From Bacteroidetes bacterium UBA2364 (GTDB lineage: Bacteria; Bacteroidota; Rhodothermia; Rhodothermales; UBA2364): a DNA stretch of 64,000 bases. Below the pieces are notes generated by a model. The model saw only the letters and a list, made by a program, of their open reading frames with translations, searched no databases and had not been told where the DNA came from. Positions 49,097-57,934 of the stretch are shown here, in pieces (the stretch's first letter is position 1; each line of letters starts with the position of its first letter). Location: NCBI GenBank assembly GCA_002344075.1, contig DDTM01000106.1:208-64207 (forward strand). The letters are read 5' to 3'. Both the position numbers and the translations under genes were made by a program.

Positions 49097-50059
49097 ATGC
49101 TAAAGTATTTTCTCTTATGTGTATTGTTTGTAGGTAACGTACATGCACAAACCCAATGGATCGTAACTGGTTCCAACATTCGGGTTCGCCAAGCCTCTGA
49201 TGTTACGGGTACCGAATTAGGGAAATTGGGACTGGGTGTTGTTGTGGTGCAGAAAGCAAAATCGGCAACCAAAGCAACCATTGGTGGTAAAACCGATTTT
49301 TGGTATCAGGTTTCTACGCCCACGCTAACAGGTTGGGTTTTTGGTGCTTTTCTGAAGCCCTATATCCCTTCGCAGAAACAATTAATTTATATGGAATTGG
49401 TTCGGTCCAGACTTGCAACAGAGGCTACCAATTTTTTAGACGAAGCAGATTTGGTGGTGTTTACCGAACGGGCCATCCGCGAGATAACAAGTCCGCCCTT
49501 GCTTGGTGAATTAGAAATGAGCCGATTGCTGGCCCTTAAACGCGCAGCACCCCTCATGCTCATGGACACTAACACCGGAACCTATCCAGAGCCTTATAAA
49601 TCGTGGGTGCAGCGTCATGAAGGCAAATCTCTGTTCTATGACGAGATTTCTGCGCAGTATTTATTACGATCTGAAGTATTTTGGAATTTAGCCACTAAAT
49701 ATAAAAATGCCGCTATCGGAGAACGTATTGCTTGGGAGGCTTCTCAAGTACCATTAGGAGGCGAATGCGAAGGCGACCTTTCGTGCAATCTGGCCTATTT
49801 AAACGTCACCACTGGCGAATATCTACGCCGATATCCGAAGGGTGTTCATGTGAAGGAAGCCCTCAACCAAGTTTCAGAATGGTTGTCGAGCATTTTGCAA
49901 CTGGAAGAGCCATACATCAATGAGGTCTTTTACCCAGGACAAAGAAAAGACTTCCAACCGACCTACGATGCCTTTCGACGGGCAGTGAATGGGACAGTGA
50001 ACCCGATTAAAGCAGAGGTTTTGGATCTTCTTTCACAAATAGACAAGAAGGTGAAATAA
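49097..50059 (+). CDS. Secreted SH3b domain protein with helical C-terminal domain
   Basis: Signal peptide VHA/Q; SH3b-like NIRVRQ...WYQV...GWVFGAFL; GECEGDLSC motif. Confidence 0.7.
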   Translation: MLKYFLLCVLFVGNVHAQTQWIVTGSNIRVRQASDVTGTELGKLGLGVVVVQKAKSATKATIGGKTDFWYQVSTPTLTGWVFGAFLKPYIPSQKQLIYMELVRSRLATEATNFLDEADLVVFTERAIREITSPPLLGELEMSRLLALKRAAPLMLMDTNTGTYPEPYKSWVQRHEGKSLFYDEISAQYLLRSEVFWNLATKYKNAAIGERIAWEASQVPLGGECEGDLSCNLAYLNVTTGEYLRRYPKGVHVKEALNQVSEWLSSILQLEEPYINEVFYPGQRKDFQPTYDAFRRAVNGTVNPIKAEVLDLLSQIDKKVK

Positions 50060-50087
50060 GGACACATATTCCCATTTCGTGATTTCG

Positions 50088-50115
50088 GAGTCTGCCCAAT
50101 GCAGGCTCTTTTTTT
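50088..50115 (+). terminator. Intrinsic terminator
   Basis: GAGTCTGC-CCAAT-GCAGGCTC followed by T7. Confidence 0.65.
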
Positions 50116-50139
50116 AATACACAGGCATTCGCATAAGGC

Positions 50140-52599
50140 ATGAAGCTATATCCACAAAACATTGAACAAAAACTGGGATTTGATGTACTCCGACAAAAAT
50201 TAGATGCCTATACGCTCAGCCGGATGGGGCAGGAACGGGTAGAGGGGATGCTACCGAGTACATCTATTCGGATTGTACAACATAGCCTCCGACAGGTCTC
50301 GGAGACCCAAGCCCTGCTCGCATTCGACGATGCCTTGCCACTAACCGCATTGCCCGACATCCGCGAGGTGGTTCGTTTTATTTTACCAGAAGGCGCGTTT
50401 ATGCAACCAGAAGCACTTTTGGGTGTGGGGCATATCGTGGGCAATATCCGCCGCCTGAAGTCATATCTGGACGCGAGAAGAACCAAGTACCCCGCCTTAC
50501 AAGAAGTTGCATTGGGACTCTTCCCACAAAAAACGTTAGAGCGACGCATTGGGGAAACCGTGGACGATACCGGACAAATCAAGGACGATGCCTCGCCGGA
50601 ATTACGACGAATTCGCCGGAATCTCTTGCGTATTCAAGGCGAACTAAGGTCTCGTGTGATGGCCGAACTCCGGCGGGCAGAAAAAGAGGGTTTTGCCGCC
50701 GATGACCAGCCCACCATCCGAAATGGCCGCTTAGTCATCCCCGTAAAAGCAGAAGCCAAACGAAAAGTGACCGGATTCCTTCATGATGTCTCGGCAACGG
50801 GGCATACGGCTTATATCGAGCCTGCCGCAGTAATGGAACTGAACAACGATCTTCGCGAACTTGAAACCGAAGAAAGGCGTGAAATTGAACGCATTCTACG
50901 AGATGTTTGCGCAGAACTAAGAACTGTTGCGCCAGAGGTCTTGAACAGTGTGGAAACATTAGGCGAATTCGACTTTGTATTAGCGAAGGCTCGATTGGCG
51001 AACGCCTTGGATGGAACCGTTCCCCAATTGAATGAAAAGGGTGTTTTTAAGCTAAAAAAAGCCAAAAACCCGATGTTGGTTTTACGATATGCACAAGAGA
51101 AAAAAAATATCGTACCATTAGACATCACTTTAGGTGAACATTTTCGTTCCCTCATCATTACGGGGCCTAATGCTGGTGGGAAATCTGTAGCCATGAAGAC
51201 CGTAGGACTGCTGGCCCTGATGGTGGCATACGGGCTGCCAATTCCATGCCATGGCGATGCTTCGGATGTATGTCTGTTTCAAGCTATTTTTGCTGATATA
51301 GGCGATGAACAAAGCATCGAAAATGACCTTTCCACGTTTAGTTCACACCTTACTCATTTGCGGCATATGCTGACGGAGGCCGATGCCCGTACTTTGATTA
51401 TGATTGATGAAGCGGGAACCGGAACCGACCCCTCCGAAGGAACGGCTTTGTCACAATCCATGCTCGAACATTTTCACCGCGTTGGCGCAACGGTCATTGT
51501 CACCACCCATCACGGGGCATTAAAGGTCTTTGCTCACGAGACGTCTGGTGTAGAAAATGGTGCCATGAGTTTCGATGAAGCCAATATCACGCCTACTTAT
51601 CGTCTTCAAACAGGTATTCCCGGGTCATCCTATGCCTTCGAAATGGCCGAACGTCTGTGCGTACCTACAGCCATTATCGAGCGGGCACGTAGCCTCATCG
51701 GTACTCAACAAGCCTCTTTTGAAAACCTTTTACACGATTTTGCACGCAAGAACGAAGCGTTATCGGTACAACTAAAACGACTTACGGAAGAAAAGGCCGC
51801 CTTAGAAGCCAGTCGCAAGCAATATGAAACGCGCCGCCTACACCTCGAACAAGTGAAAGACCAGATTCGTAAAGATGCCCTCAACGAAGCTCAAAAAGTT
51901 TTAGATCAAGCAAATGCCGAAGTAGAACGCACCATCCGAGAAATCCGAGAAGCACAAGCTGAGGCAGAACGAACCAAAATTGCCCGTCAGCAACTTGAGG
52001 CAACCAAAGACCTTGTAAAGCGGTATCAAGTCAATTTGGAAAAGCGTGTACAAGCCCGTGAAGCCTTACAGGAGGCTCAGCGCCAGAAAACGCTACCAGC
52101 CACCGATTCCAAAAAAGCGCCCAAAAAACCAGACACCACGTCAACCGATATCCAGGTGGGAGATCAAGTGGTGGTCGGCGAAGGAACTACCCCAGCCGAA
52201 GTATTGGAAATTGTGGGTAAAAATGTCCTGGTGGCCCAAGGTTCTATGAAAATAAAGGCCAAATTGAACCAATTACGCAAAGTGGCAGGGCGACAAAAAC
52301 AAACCGTAACCGTCCGGCACCAATACGCCAGTGCCGACGTCTTGTCCACTGGTCGCGCCCGCATCCACTTAGACATCCGTGGCCAGCGTGTTGAAGACGC
52401 AAAAATGACCGTAACACAATTTTTAGACGATGCAGTGGCAGCCAGCCTGAATCGATTGGAGATTCTACATGGAACCGGTACAGGGGCACTCCGGTTAGCG
52501 CTCAAAGACTTGCTGTCCCACTATGATGGTGTTTCGCGGTTCGAGGAAGCACCTTGGGATTTGGGTGGCCCCGGTGTCACATATGTCTGGCTGGATTAG
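50140..52599 (+). CDS. mutS2: Endonuclease MutS2
   Basis: Motifs ITGPNAGGKS, DIGDEQSI, DEAGTGTDP and VTTH; coiled coil; Smr domain (LDIRG...ILHGTGTGALR). Confidence 0.95.
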   Translation: MKLYPQNIEQKLGFDVLRQKLDAYTLSRMGQERVEGMLPSTSIRIVQHSLRQVSETQALLAFDDALPLTALPDIREVVRFILPEGAFMQPEALLGVGHIVGNIRRLKSYLDARRTKYPALQEVALGLFPQKTLERRIGETVDDTGQIKDDASPELRRIRRNLLRIQGELRSRVMAELRRAEKEGFAADDQPTIRNGRLVIPVKAEAKRKVTGFLHDVSATGHTAYIEPAAVMELNNDLRELETEERREIERILRDVCAELRTVAPEVLNSVETLGEFDFVLAKARLANALDGTVPQLNEKGVFKLKKAKNPMLVLRYAQEKKNIVPLDITLGEHFRSLIITGPNAGGKSVAMKTVGLLALMVAYGLPIPCHGDASDVCLFQAIFADIGDEQSIENDLSTFSSHLTHLRHMLTEADARTLIMIDEAGTGTDPSEGTALSQSMLEHFHRVGATVIVTTHHGALKVFAHETSGVENGAMSFDEANITPTYRLQTGIPGSSYAFEMAERLCVPTAIIERARSLIGTQQASFENLLHDFARKNEALSVQLKRLTEEKAALEASRKQYETRRLHLEQVKDQIRKDALNEAQKVLDQANAEVERTIREIREAQAEAERTKIARQQLEATKDLVKRYQVNLEKRVQAREALQEAQRQKTLPATDSKKAPKKPDTTSTDIQVGDQVVVGEGTTPAEVLEIVGKNVLVAQGSMKIKAKLNQLRKVAGRQKQTVTVRHQYASADVLSTGRARIHLDIRGQRVEDAKMTVTQFLDDAVAASLNRLEILHGTGTGALRLALKDLLSHYDGVSRFEEAPWDLGGPGVTYVWLD

Positions 52600-53560
52600 G
52601 CTGGTTCTTGACCTGAATTATTTCGGCGGCAATACTCACCGCAATTTCCATCGGAGTTTTTGAACATATTGGAAGGCCAATGGGTGTGCGCACAGCCTTT
52701 AATACCTGTTCAGAAAACCCTTCCCTGCGGAGTTTCTGAAGGAGTGTTTTCATTTTAGCCGCACTTCCCAAGACACCCAAATACGCAAATGTTTTGCCTA
52801 GTAGTTGCCGCACCACGACCTCATCGGTCTGGAATCCCAGCGTCATCACCACCACATAGTGATGGTCGCCTTCGGGAATGTATGAAGAGATGGCGGCATA
52901 ATCCAAAATGGTGATCTCTTCAGCAAAATGGTTTGCGGTTATTGTATTCAAATTGGGGCGATTATCGAACAAGTAAACACAAAAGCCAAGTTTTACCATC
53001 AGTTCCGATAAGGCAAGGCCGCAATGTCCACCACCAACCAAAAATAACAAAGGTCGTTGATCCAATCTTTCGATGTAAACAAAGCCATCTGTCACGGCGT
53101 TAAAATCCGTGGTTAATACCGACGTTTCTGATACTATATGCAACCCTGATGGATTAATTTTGAGTCCTACATTCCGGCATGGAAAGGATTCTAAAATTTT
53201 TTCAATTATACTTAAGTTTTTGTAAAACAAAGAAATAAGTACAATTGTTTGTTCGCCAGAGCAAATCATACCACTGGCTTCGATGGCATTCTTCCGGTGT
53301 ACTTGTTTGCGTAAAATGGTCGTTACTTCGGCAGAATCAAGCCGCTTCCGAGCTTCTTCAACCATCTTGATCTCCATGATCCCACCACCAATGCTTCCCC
53401 AGAAGGCTTCTTTGGTAACTGCCATTTTAAAACCTGCCCTCCCCGGACTACTTCCGCTGCTTTCCACTACCACCATTAGTTGGACTACTTGCCCACGCTG
53501 GAGTTCATTAGCAATTTTTTTCCAGAAGTCGGTGGCTTCGTATCGAGGAGATGGCTTCAT
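52577..53560 (-). CDS. XdhC family (Moco insertion chaperone-like) protein
   Basis: Motifs GSSPGRAGFKM, GSIGGG, ICSG, GGGHCG, YLGVLGSAAK and PIGLPI...PMEIAVSIAAE. Confidence 0.88.
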   Translation of the reverse strand: MKPSPRYEATDFWKKIANELQRGQVVQLMVVVESSGSSPGRAGFKMAVTKEAFWGSIGGGIMEIKMVEEARKRLDSAEVTTILRKQVHRKNAIEASGMICSGEQTIVLISLFYKNLSIIEKILESFPCRNVGLKINPSGLHIVSETSVLTTDFNAVTDGFVYIERLDQRPLLFLVGGGHCGLALSELMVKLGFCVYLFDNRPNLNTITANHFAEEITILDYAAISSYIPEGDHHYVVVMTLGFQTDEVVVRQLLGKTFAYLGVLGSAAKMKTLLQKLRREGFSEQVLKAVRTPIGLPICSKTPMEIAVSIAAEIIQVKNQPNPARHM

Positions 53561-54180
53561 AACAGGCTACTGTTCTCTGGAGAGTGAACATACGTGTATA
53601 TCCAATGGTGAAGATCGGAGGTAAGAATGGTTTTGTCTAACCGAAATGCGCCGCCGGCCATGATGGTCTCGTGACAAGTTGGGTTGTAATAGAGAATGGT
53701 TAGAGGACGATCTTTACGTACCAACGAAGCCAAAACATGGAGCATCACAGACGACATCACCGATTCTGGGAACGGATTAAAAAAATACAGGTGCGAGAAT
53801 TGATCAAAGTCCGTAAAAGTTTTGGCATCCGCATGATGAATAAAGATGTTCTGGCGCAGAATTTGCATATTCCGGCGGGCAATCTCCACCAATCTTTCAG
53901 ACAATTCTACCCCTTCTACCGTTCCAAATCCTGCTTTCCGGAATAAGAGGAGGGCCGCTCCTTTTCCACAACCCATGTCAAGGAGTGCATCTTTTTTACG
54001 TGGTTTCAACTCTTTCAATAAGCGTTTCAGTTCCGGCAGTTCCGCAGACGAAGCATACCAATACCCTTTTTCAAGTGGTACGCCAGTCTCGTCGTTGTAC
54101 ATATTCATCATCAAATCCAATCCCCGCCACATATGCAATTTGTGCAGAATTTTTCGCTTTAAGCGTTGGAAGTCATTCAT
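53557..54180 (-). CDS. Class I SAM-dependent methyltransferase
   Basis: Motifs LLDMGCGKG, GVELS and YFFNPF. Confidence 0.82.
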   Translation of the reverse strand: MNDFQRLKRKILHKLHMWRGLDLMMNMYNDETGVPLEKGYWYASSAELPELKRLLKELKPRKKDALLDMGCGKGAALLLFRKAGFGTVEGVELSERLVEIARRNMQILRQNIFIHHADAKTFTDFDQFSHLYFFNPFPESVMSSVMLHVLASLVRKDRPLTILYYNPTCHETIMAGGAFRLDKTILTSDLHHWIYTYVHSPENSSLL

Positions 54181-54226
54181 CAGACATCTTACCTTGTCGG
54201 TCGTTTAAAGTGGAGACTTATAAGAT

Positions 54227-54733
54227 ATGACAAATCACTTCTTTTTTTATTTGGATTCTCCCGTTGGGCCACTTGAAATTCGGGCAAATGATCAATTTGT
54301 CACAGGTCTTTATTTTGAGGGTGGAAAGGGGGCTTCATCCATTCGTCAAACACCAAGCCCCGTTCAGCCGGCACACCTCCAGACAGCCATAGCAGAACTT
54401 AATGCCTATTTTTCCGGACGGTTACGCACATTTTCTTTTCCCATACACCAAACCGGAACCGATTTTCAGCAGCGGGTTTGGCAAGAACTGATGCGTATTC
54501 CATATGGAGAAACCATTTCGTACCTTGAACTATCACAGCACATCGGAGACACAAAAACCATACGGGCTGTTGGCACGGCAAATAGTCGGAACAACCTTAA
54601 TATTGTCGTTCCTTGCCACCGCGTGATCGGGAAAAATGGTCAGCTTACTGGATATGGTGGTGGGCTTTGGCGCAAAGACTGGCTTTTGAATCACGAAGCG
54701 AAATGGGCGAAGGGGGTGCTCACGTTATTTTGA
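54227..54733 (+). CDS. ogt: Methylated-DNA--protein-cysteine methyltransferase
   Basis: Motifs GTDFQQRVW, IPYGETISY, RAVGTAN and PCHRV. Confidence 0.93.
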   Translation: MTNHFFFYLDSPVGPLEIRANDQFVTGLYFEGGKGASSIRQTPSPVQPAHLQTAIAELNAYFSGRLRTFSFPIHQTGTDFQQRVWQELMRIPYGETISYLELSQHIGDTKTIRAVGTANSRNNLNIVVPCHRVIGKNGQLTGYGGGLWRKDWLLNHEAKWAKGVLTLF

Positions 54734-54845
54734 TAGGGGCGCATTTCAAAACTTCCCAAATTACCTTGTGAACACGTCTTTCACATCCTGCATGATTTAA
54801 GTGCGTTGTATGTTTATTGGCATTTTTCGAAATGCACCCGCTATC
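54732..54845. mobile_element. MITE/REP-like inverted-repeat element, copy B (best preserved)
   Basis: The left end GATAGGGGCGCATTTCAAAA matches the reverse complement of the right end, GATAGCGGGTGCATTTCGAAAA. It starts within the ogt stop codon. Confidence 0.7.
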
Positions 54846-55019
54846 GAACCATGTTTATGTATGCTTCGGTGCAGAGAACCCCAAGAATCAAAGATCCAAG
54901 TGTCATGCCCTAAAATATCTCGATAACCTCCACTGATTTTTTTAGAAACCATCGCTTCATCGTAAAACCAATGCCGTATATTTTTCCAAAAGGCATCTTT
55001 TAATCAATCGTAAGACACT

Positions 55020-56030
55020 ATGAAACAAGGACAGGTTCTCTTGCTCACCTCAATACTGGCAGCAATGTTGGTGATGGGTTATTTTGCAGGCATCTTCGGT
55101 GGGGAAGAGTCAACTGTTAAGCTCCCTAATTGGGGCATAAAGCCCGAAGAAATTGACGCCATCGAAATCCGCGTGGCTGGACAAGATACCTTAAAATTAC
55201 TAAAAGGTGCAGCAGGATGGCACATTACCAGCCCTCAACAAAGCATAGCGGACTCGCTCGCTATTGTCCGGCTTTTAGACCAAATTGCGGCCCTTAAACC
55301 GGAAAGTATTGCGGCCAATTCGCCTGACCGATACGCCACATACGGAGTTGCATCCACCGCCCGAAGTATTGTACTCACGATTGGAAAAAATACCAGAACC
55401 CTGATTTTAGGGAATACAACCGCCGATGGCGCCTCTTTTTTCCTACGGATAGGCAATGATCCACAAGTGATCCAAGCAAGGGGCAATCTTTCAACCAATG
55501 CCAATGTGTCGGATTGGCGTTCTACAACCGTCCTACGGTTGCCAATCTCGACCATTCAGCGGGTTTCGGTCTCGATACCCAATGAAAAATATGAAGTAGC
55601 CAACAATAATGGCAATTGGCAATTGATCCGAAACGGTATTGGAACCACTGCCGACACCCTCAGCACCGTTAAATGGCTCCGCCGATTGGGCGCACTGAAG
55701 GCAGATGCGTTTGTAGCGGAAGTACAGGGCAGCGCTCTCAAGGCAGAAGGTACTCATGTCTTGCGCATTCAAACAACCACCGGGCAGACACGCGAACTTG
55801 TCTTAAAAGAATCTGCAAGTGGAGATGTACTCGGGGCGTTAGATGGAATCAAAGACGTTTTCAGGCTTTCTCCCACACAGTTGCCCCTCATAGCGCCGGA
55901 GTCCGGCCAACTTTCCCGCGAAACGACTCCTTCGGAAACCACAGCCTCCCCACCTAAACACGGCTCTACCCAAACCCAACCGCCGAAAAAATCGAGAAGA
56001 GGCGAAGAGGGAGAAGAAGGCTTGCTTTGA
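55020..56030 (+). CDS. DUF4340 domain-containing protein
   Basis: N-terminal TM; two repeated beta modules (W.IT.P....AD...I.RLL..I..LK and W.L.......AD...T.KWLRRL..LKA); DWR motif. Confidence 0.7.
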   Translation: MKQGQVLLLTSILAAMLVMGYFAGIFGGEESTVKLPNWGIKPEEIDAIEIRVAGQDTLKLLKGAAGWHITSPQQSIADSLAIVRLLDQIAALKPESIAANSPDRYATYGVASTARSIVLTIGKNTRTLILGNTTADGASFFLRIGNDPQVIQARGNLSTNANVSDWRSTTVLRLPISTIQRVSVSIPNEKYEVANNNGNWQLIRNGIGTTADTLSTVKWLRRLGALKADAFVAEVQGSALKAEGTHVLRIQTTTGQTRELVLKESASGDVLGALDGIKDVFRLSPTQLPLIAPESGQLSRETTPSETTASPPKHGSTQTQPPKKSRRGEEGEEGLL

Positions 56031-56066
56031 CCATAAATACTAAAAAACACTTCATAAAAGGAGCGC

Positions 56067-56108
56067 TTGATTTATACATTCTAATATTTGTATATTTCGA
56101 TTAATCAA
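56067..56108 (+). promoter_or_regulatory. Promoter and candidate operator of arsR-trxA-trxB
   Basis: TTG at 56067-56069, 21-nt spacer, TATATTTC at 56091-56098, overlapped by the near-palindrome TCGATTAATCAA at 56097-56108. Confidence 0.4.
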
Positions 56109-56116
56109 TAAACAAG

Positions 56117-56476
56117 ATGGGTGCAATTAATACCGAATCATTTAGCGTTCCACAAAACGAGCTGGCCAGTTTTGCACGCATTCTGGCCCATCCAGCGCGG
56201 ATTGCGATATTAGAACAACTGATGGAGCGTGGTGCCACGCATTGTGGTAAATTAGATCTACCCTTAGCGCAACCCACTATTTCCGCGCACTTAAAAGAAC
56301 TGCGCCAAATCGGACTGGTCTATGGAAAAGTGGAAGGCACTTCGGTTTGTTATTGCATCAATCTGGAGACATGGGAGCGAATGCGCGAGGCTTTTGACAC
56401 CTTCTTTGTCAAATTACGCTATGTAGAAGCACTCCATGCCCCCACTGAATCTAACCAGTACCATACATCAACCTAA
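56117..56476 (+). CDS. ArsR/SmtB family transcriptional regulator
   Basis: Motifs LAHPARIAIL, LAQPTISAHLKEL and EGTSVCYCIN. Confidence 0.9.
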   Translation: MGAINTESFSVPQNELASFARILAHPARIAILEQLMERGATHCGKLDLPLAQPTISAHLKELRQIGLVYGKVEGTSVCYCINLETWERMREAFDTFFVKLRYVEALHAPTESNQYHTST

Positions 56477-56488
56477 ACATATACAAAA

Positions 56489-56827
56489 ATGGCACTTGCA
56501 GTAACCGACAAAACCTTTAAGGCCGAAGTTTTAGACAGCAATATCCCCGTATTGGTGGACTTTTGGGCCGCTTGGTGTGGCCCTTGTTTGATGATCGCAC
56601 CGGCTGTAGAGCAGTTGGCCAGGGAATATGAAGGCAAAGCCAAAGTCGTGAAACTAAATGTGGATGAAAACCAGTATGTAGCCAGTCAATACGGCATTCG
56701 CTCTATCCCCACCTTGCTTGTCTTCCATAAAGGAAAAGTGGTGGATCAGGTCATTGGCGCCGTACCTAAGAAGAAGTTGGCGGACCACTTAGATAAAGCG
56801 ATTACGAAGGCAAGATCTACCGTCTGA
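56489..56827 (+). CDS. trxA: Thioredoxin
   Basis: [10 protein letters not shown] and IRSIPT. Confidence 0.96.
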   Translation: MALAVTDKTFKAEVLDSNIPVLVDFWAAWCGPCLMIAPAVEQLAREYEGKAKVVKLNVDENQYVASQYGIRSIPTLLVFHKGKVVDQVIGAVPKKKLADHLDKAITKARSTV

Positions 56828-56851
56828 CAAACCTACATATAACAAAAATTT

Positions 56852-56878
56852 ACCCGGATAACACCGGGTTCTCTTTTT
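56852..56878 (+). terminator. Hairpin/weak terminator between trxA and trxB
   Basis: ACCCGG-ATAACA-CCGGGT followed by TCTCTTTTT. Confidence 0.45.
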
Positions 56879-56891
56879 GGATAAAACAGAT

Positions 56892-57848
56892 ATGATCAAA
56901 GAACTAAATTTTGTAACTGCAGAGCGGCTAAAGGTTGCGATTATTGGTACAGGACCAGCTGGACTAACAGCGGCATTGTATGCGGCACGCGCCAACTTAA
57001 GCCCTGTTGTTTTTGAAGGGCCGGAGCCAGGAGGCCAACTCATGACCACAACCGACGTAGAAAATTTCCCTGGTTTTCCGGAAGGGATTATGGGACCAGA
57101 AATGATGCAGCGTTTCCGAGATCAGGCCACACGATTTGGGGCAGACCTTCGCTGGGGCATGGTGACGGAGGTAGATTTCTCGGAAAGGCCCTTTAAGCTG
57201 GTAGTGGATGAAGAAATCTTGGTTCTTGCGGATGCGGTTATCGTCTCGACAGGAGCATCGGCCATGTACCTTGGCCTTGAAAACGAATTGAGATTGCGCG
57301 GATATGGTGTTTCTGCCTGCGCCACCTGCGATGGAGCGTTCTTTAAAAACCAAGAAGTTGCTATTGTCGGTGGAGGGGATACCGCTATGGAAGAAGCCCA
57401 CTACCTCACCCGACATGCCTCTAAGGTTTATCTAATCCATCGGCGAGATTCGTTCCGTGCTTCCAAAATCATGCAGGAACGGGTTTTAAACAATCCGAAG
57501 ATTGAAGTAATCTGGAACACGGTGGTAAAGGATGTTTTGGGTGAAAAGGAAGTCACGGGGCTTACTCTCCAGAACATACAAACCGAAGCCGTCACAACCT
57601 TATCTGTTTCCGGACTTTTTGTCGCGATTGGACACAAGCCCAATACCGATGTTTTTAAAGGGCAATTGGATATGGACGCCACCGGATATCTAAAAACAGG
57701 CCCAGACAATACTTATACCAATATTCCCGGGGTTTTTGCCTGCGGTGATGCCCAAGATCACGTCTATCGGCAAGCCGTTACTGCTGCGGGGACAGGGTGT
57801 ATGGCCGCCATAGATACCGAGCGCTGGCTATCCGAACAAGAAGCATAG
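56892..57848 (+). CDS. trxB: Thioredoxin reductase
   Basis: Motifs GTGPAG, CATCDG, GGGDTAMEEA, HRRD and GDAQD. Confidence 0.96.
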   Translation: MIKELNFVTAERLKVAIIGTGPAGLTAALYAARANLSPVVFEGPEPGGQLMTTTDVENFPGFPEGIMGPEMMQRFRDQATRFGADLRWGMVTEVDFSERPFKLVVDEEILVLADAVIVSTGASAMYLGLENELRLRGYGVSACATCDGAFFKNQEVAIVGGGDTAMEEAHYLTRHASKVYLIHRRDSFRASKIMQERVLNNPKIEVIWNTVVKDVLGEKEVTGLTLQNIQTEAVTTLSVSGLFVAIGHKPNTDVFKGQLDMDATGYLKTGPDNTYTNIPGVFACGDAQDHVYRQAVTAAGTGCMAAIDTERWLSEQEA

Positions 57849-57874
57849 CTTTCAGACACTTGCTAATAATGTAG

Positions 57875-57913
57875 AAAAAGAGGTTACCTCGTTATGAGAC
57901 AACCTCTTTTTTT
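57875..57913. terminator. Bidirectional terminator between convergent trxB and gyrA
   Basis: AAAAAGAGGTT...AACCTCTTTTTTT. Confidence 0.75.
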
Positions 57914-57934
57914 AGACGAAACATTGCAAAGGAT

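Noticed and set aside
54776-54786. TTGTGAA...TTCACAT Rex-like half sites near 54766-54786
   Set aside because: The spacer is 7 nt rather than 4 nt, and it lies inside repeat copy B.
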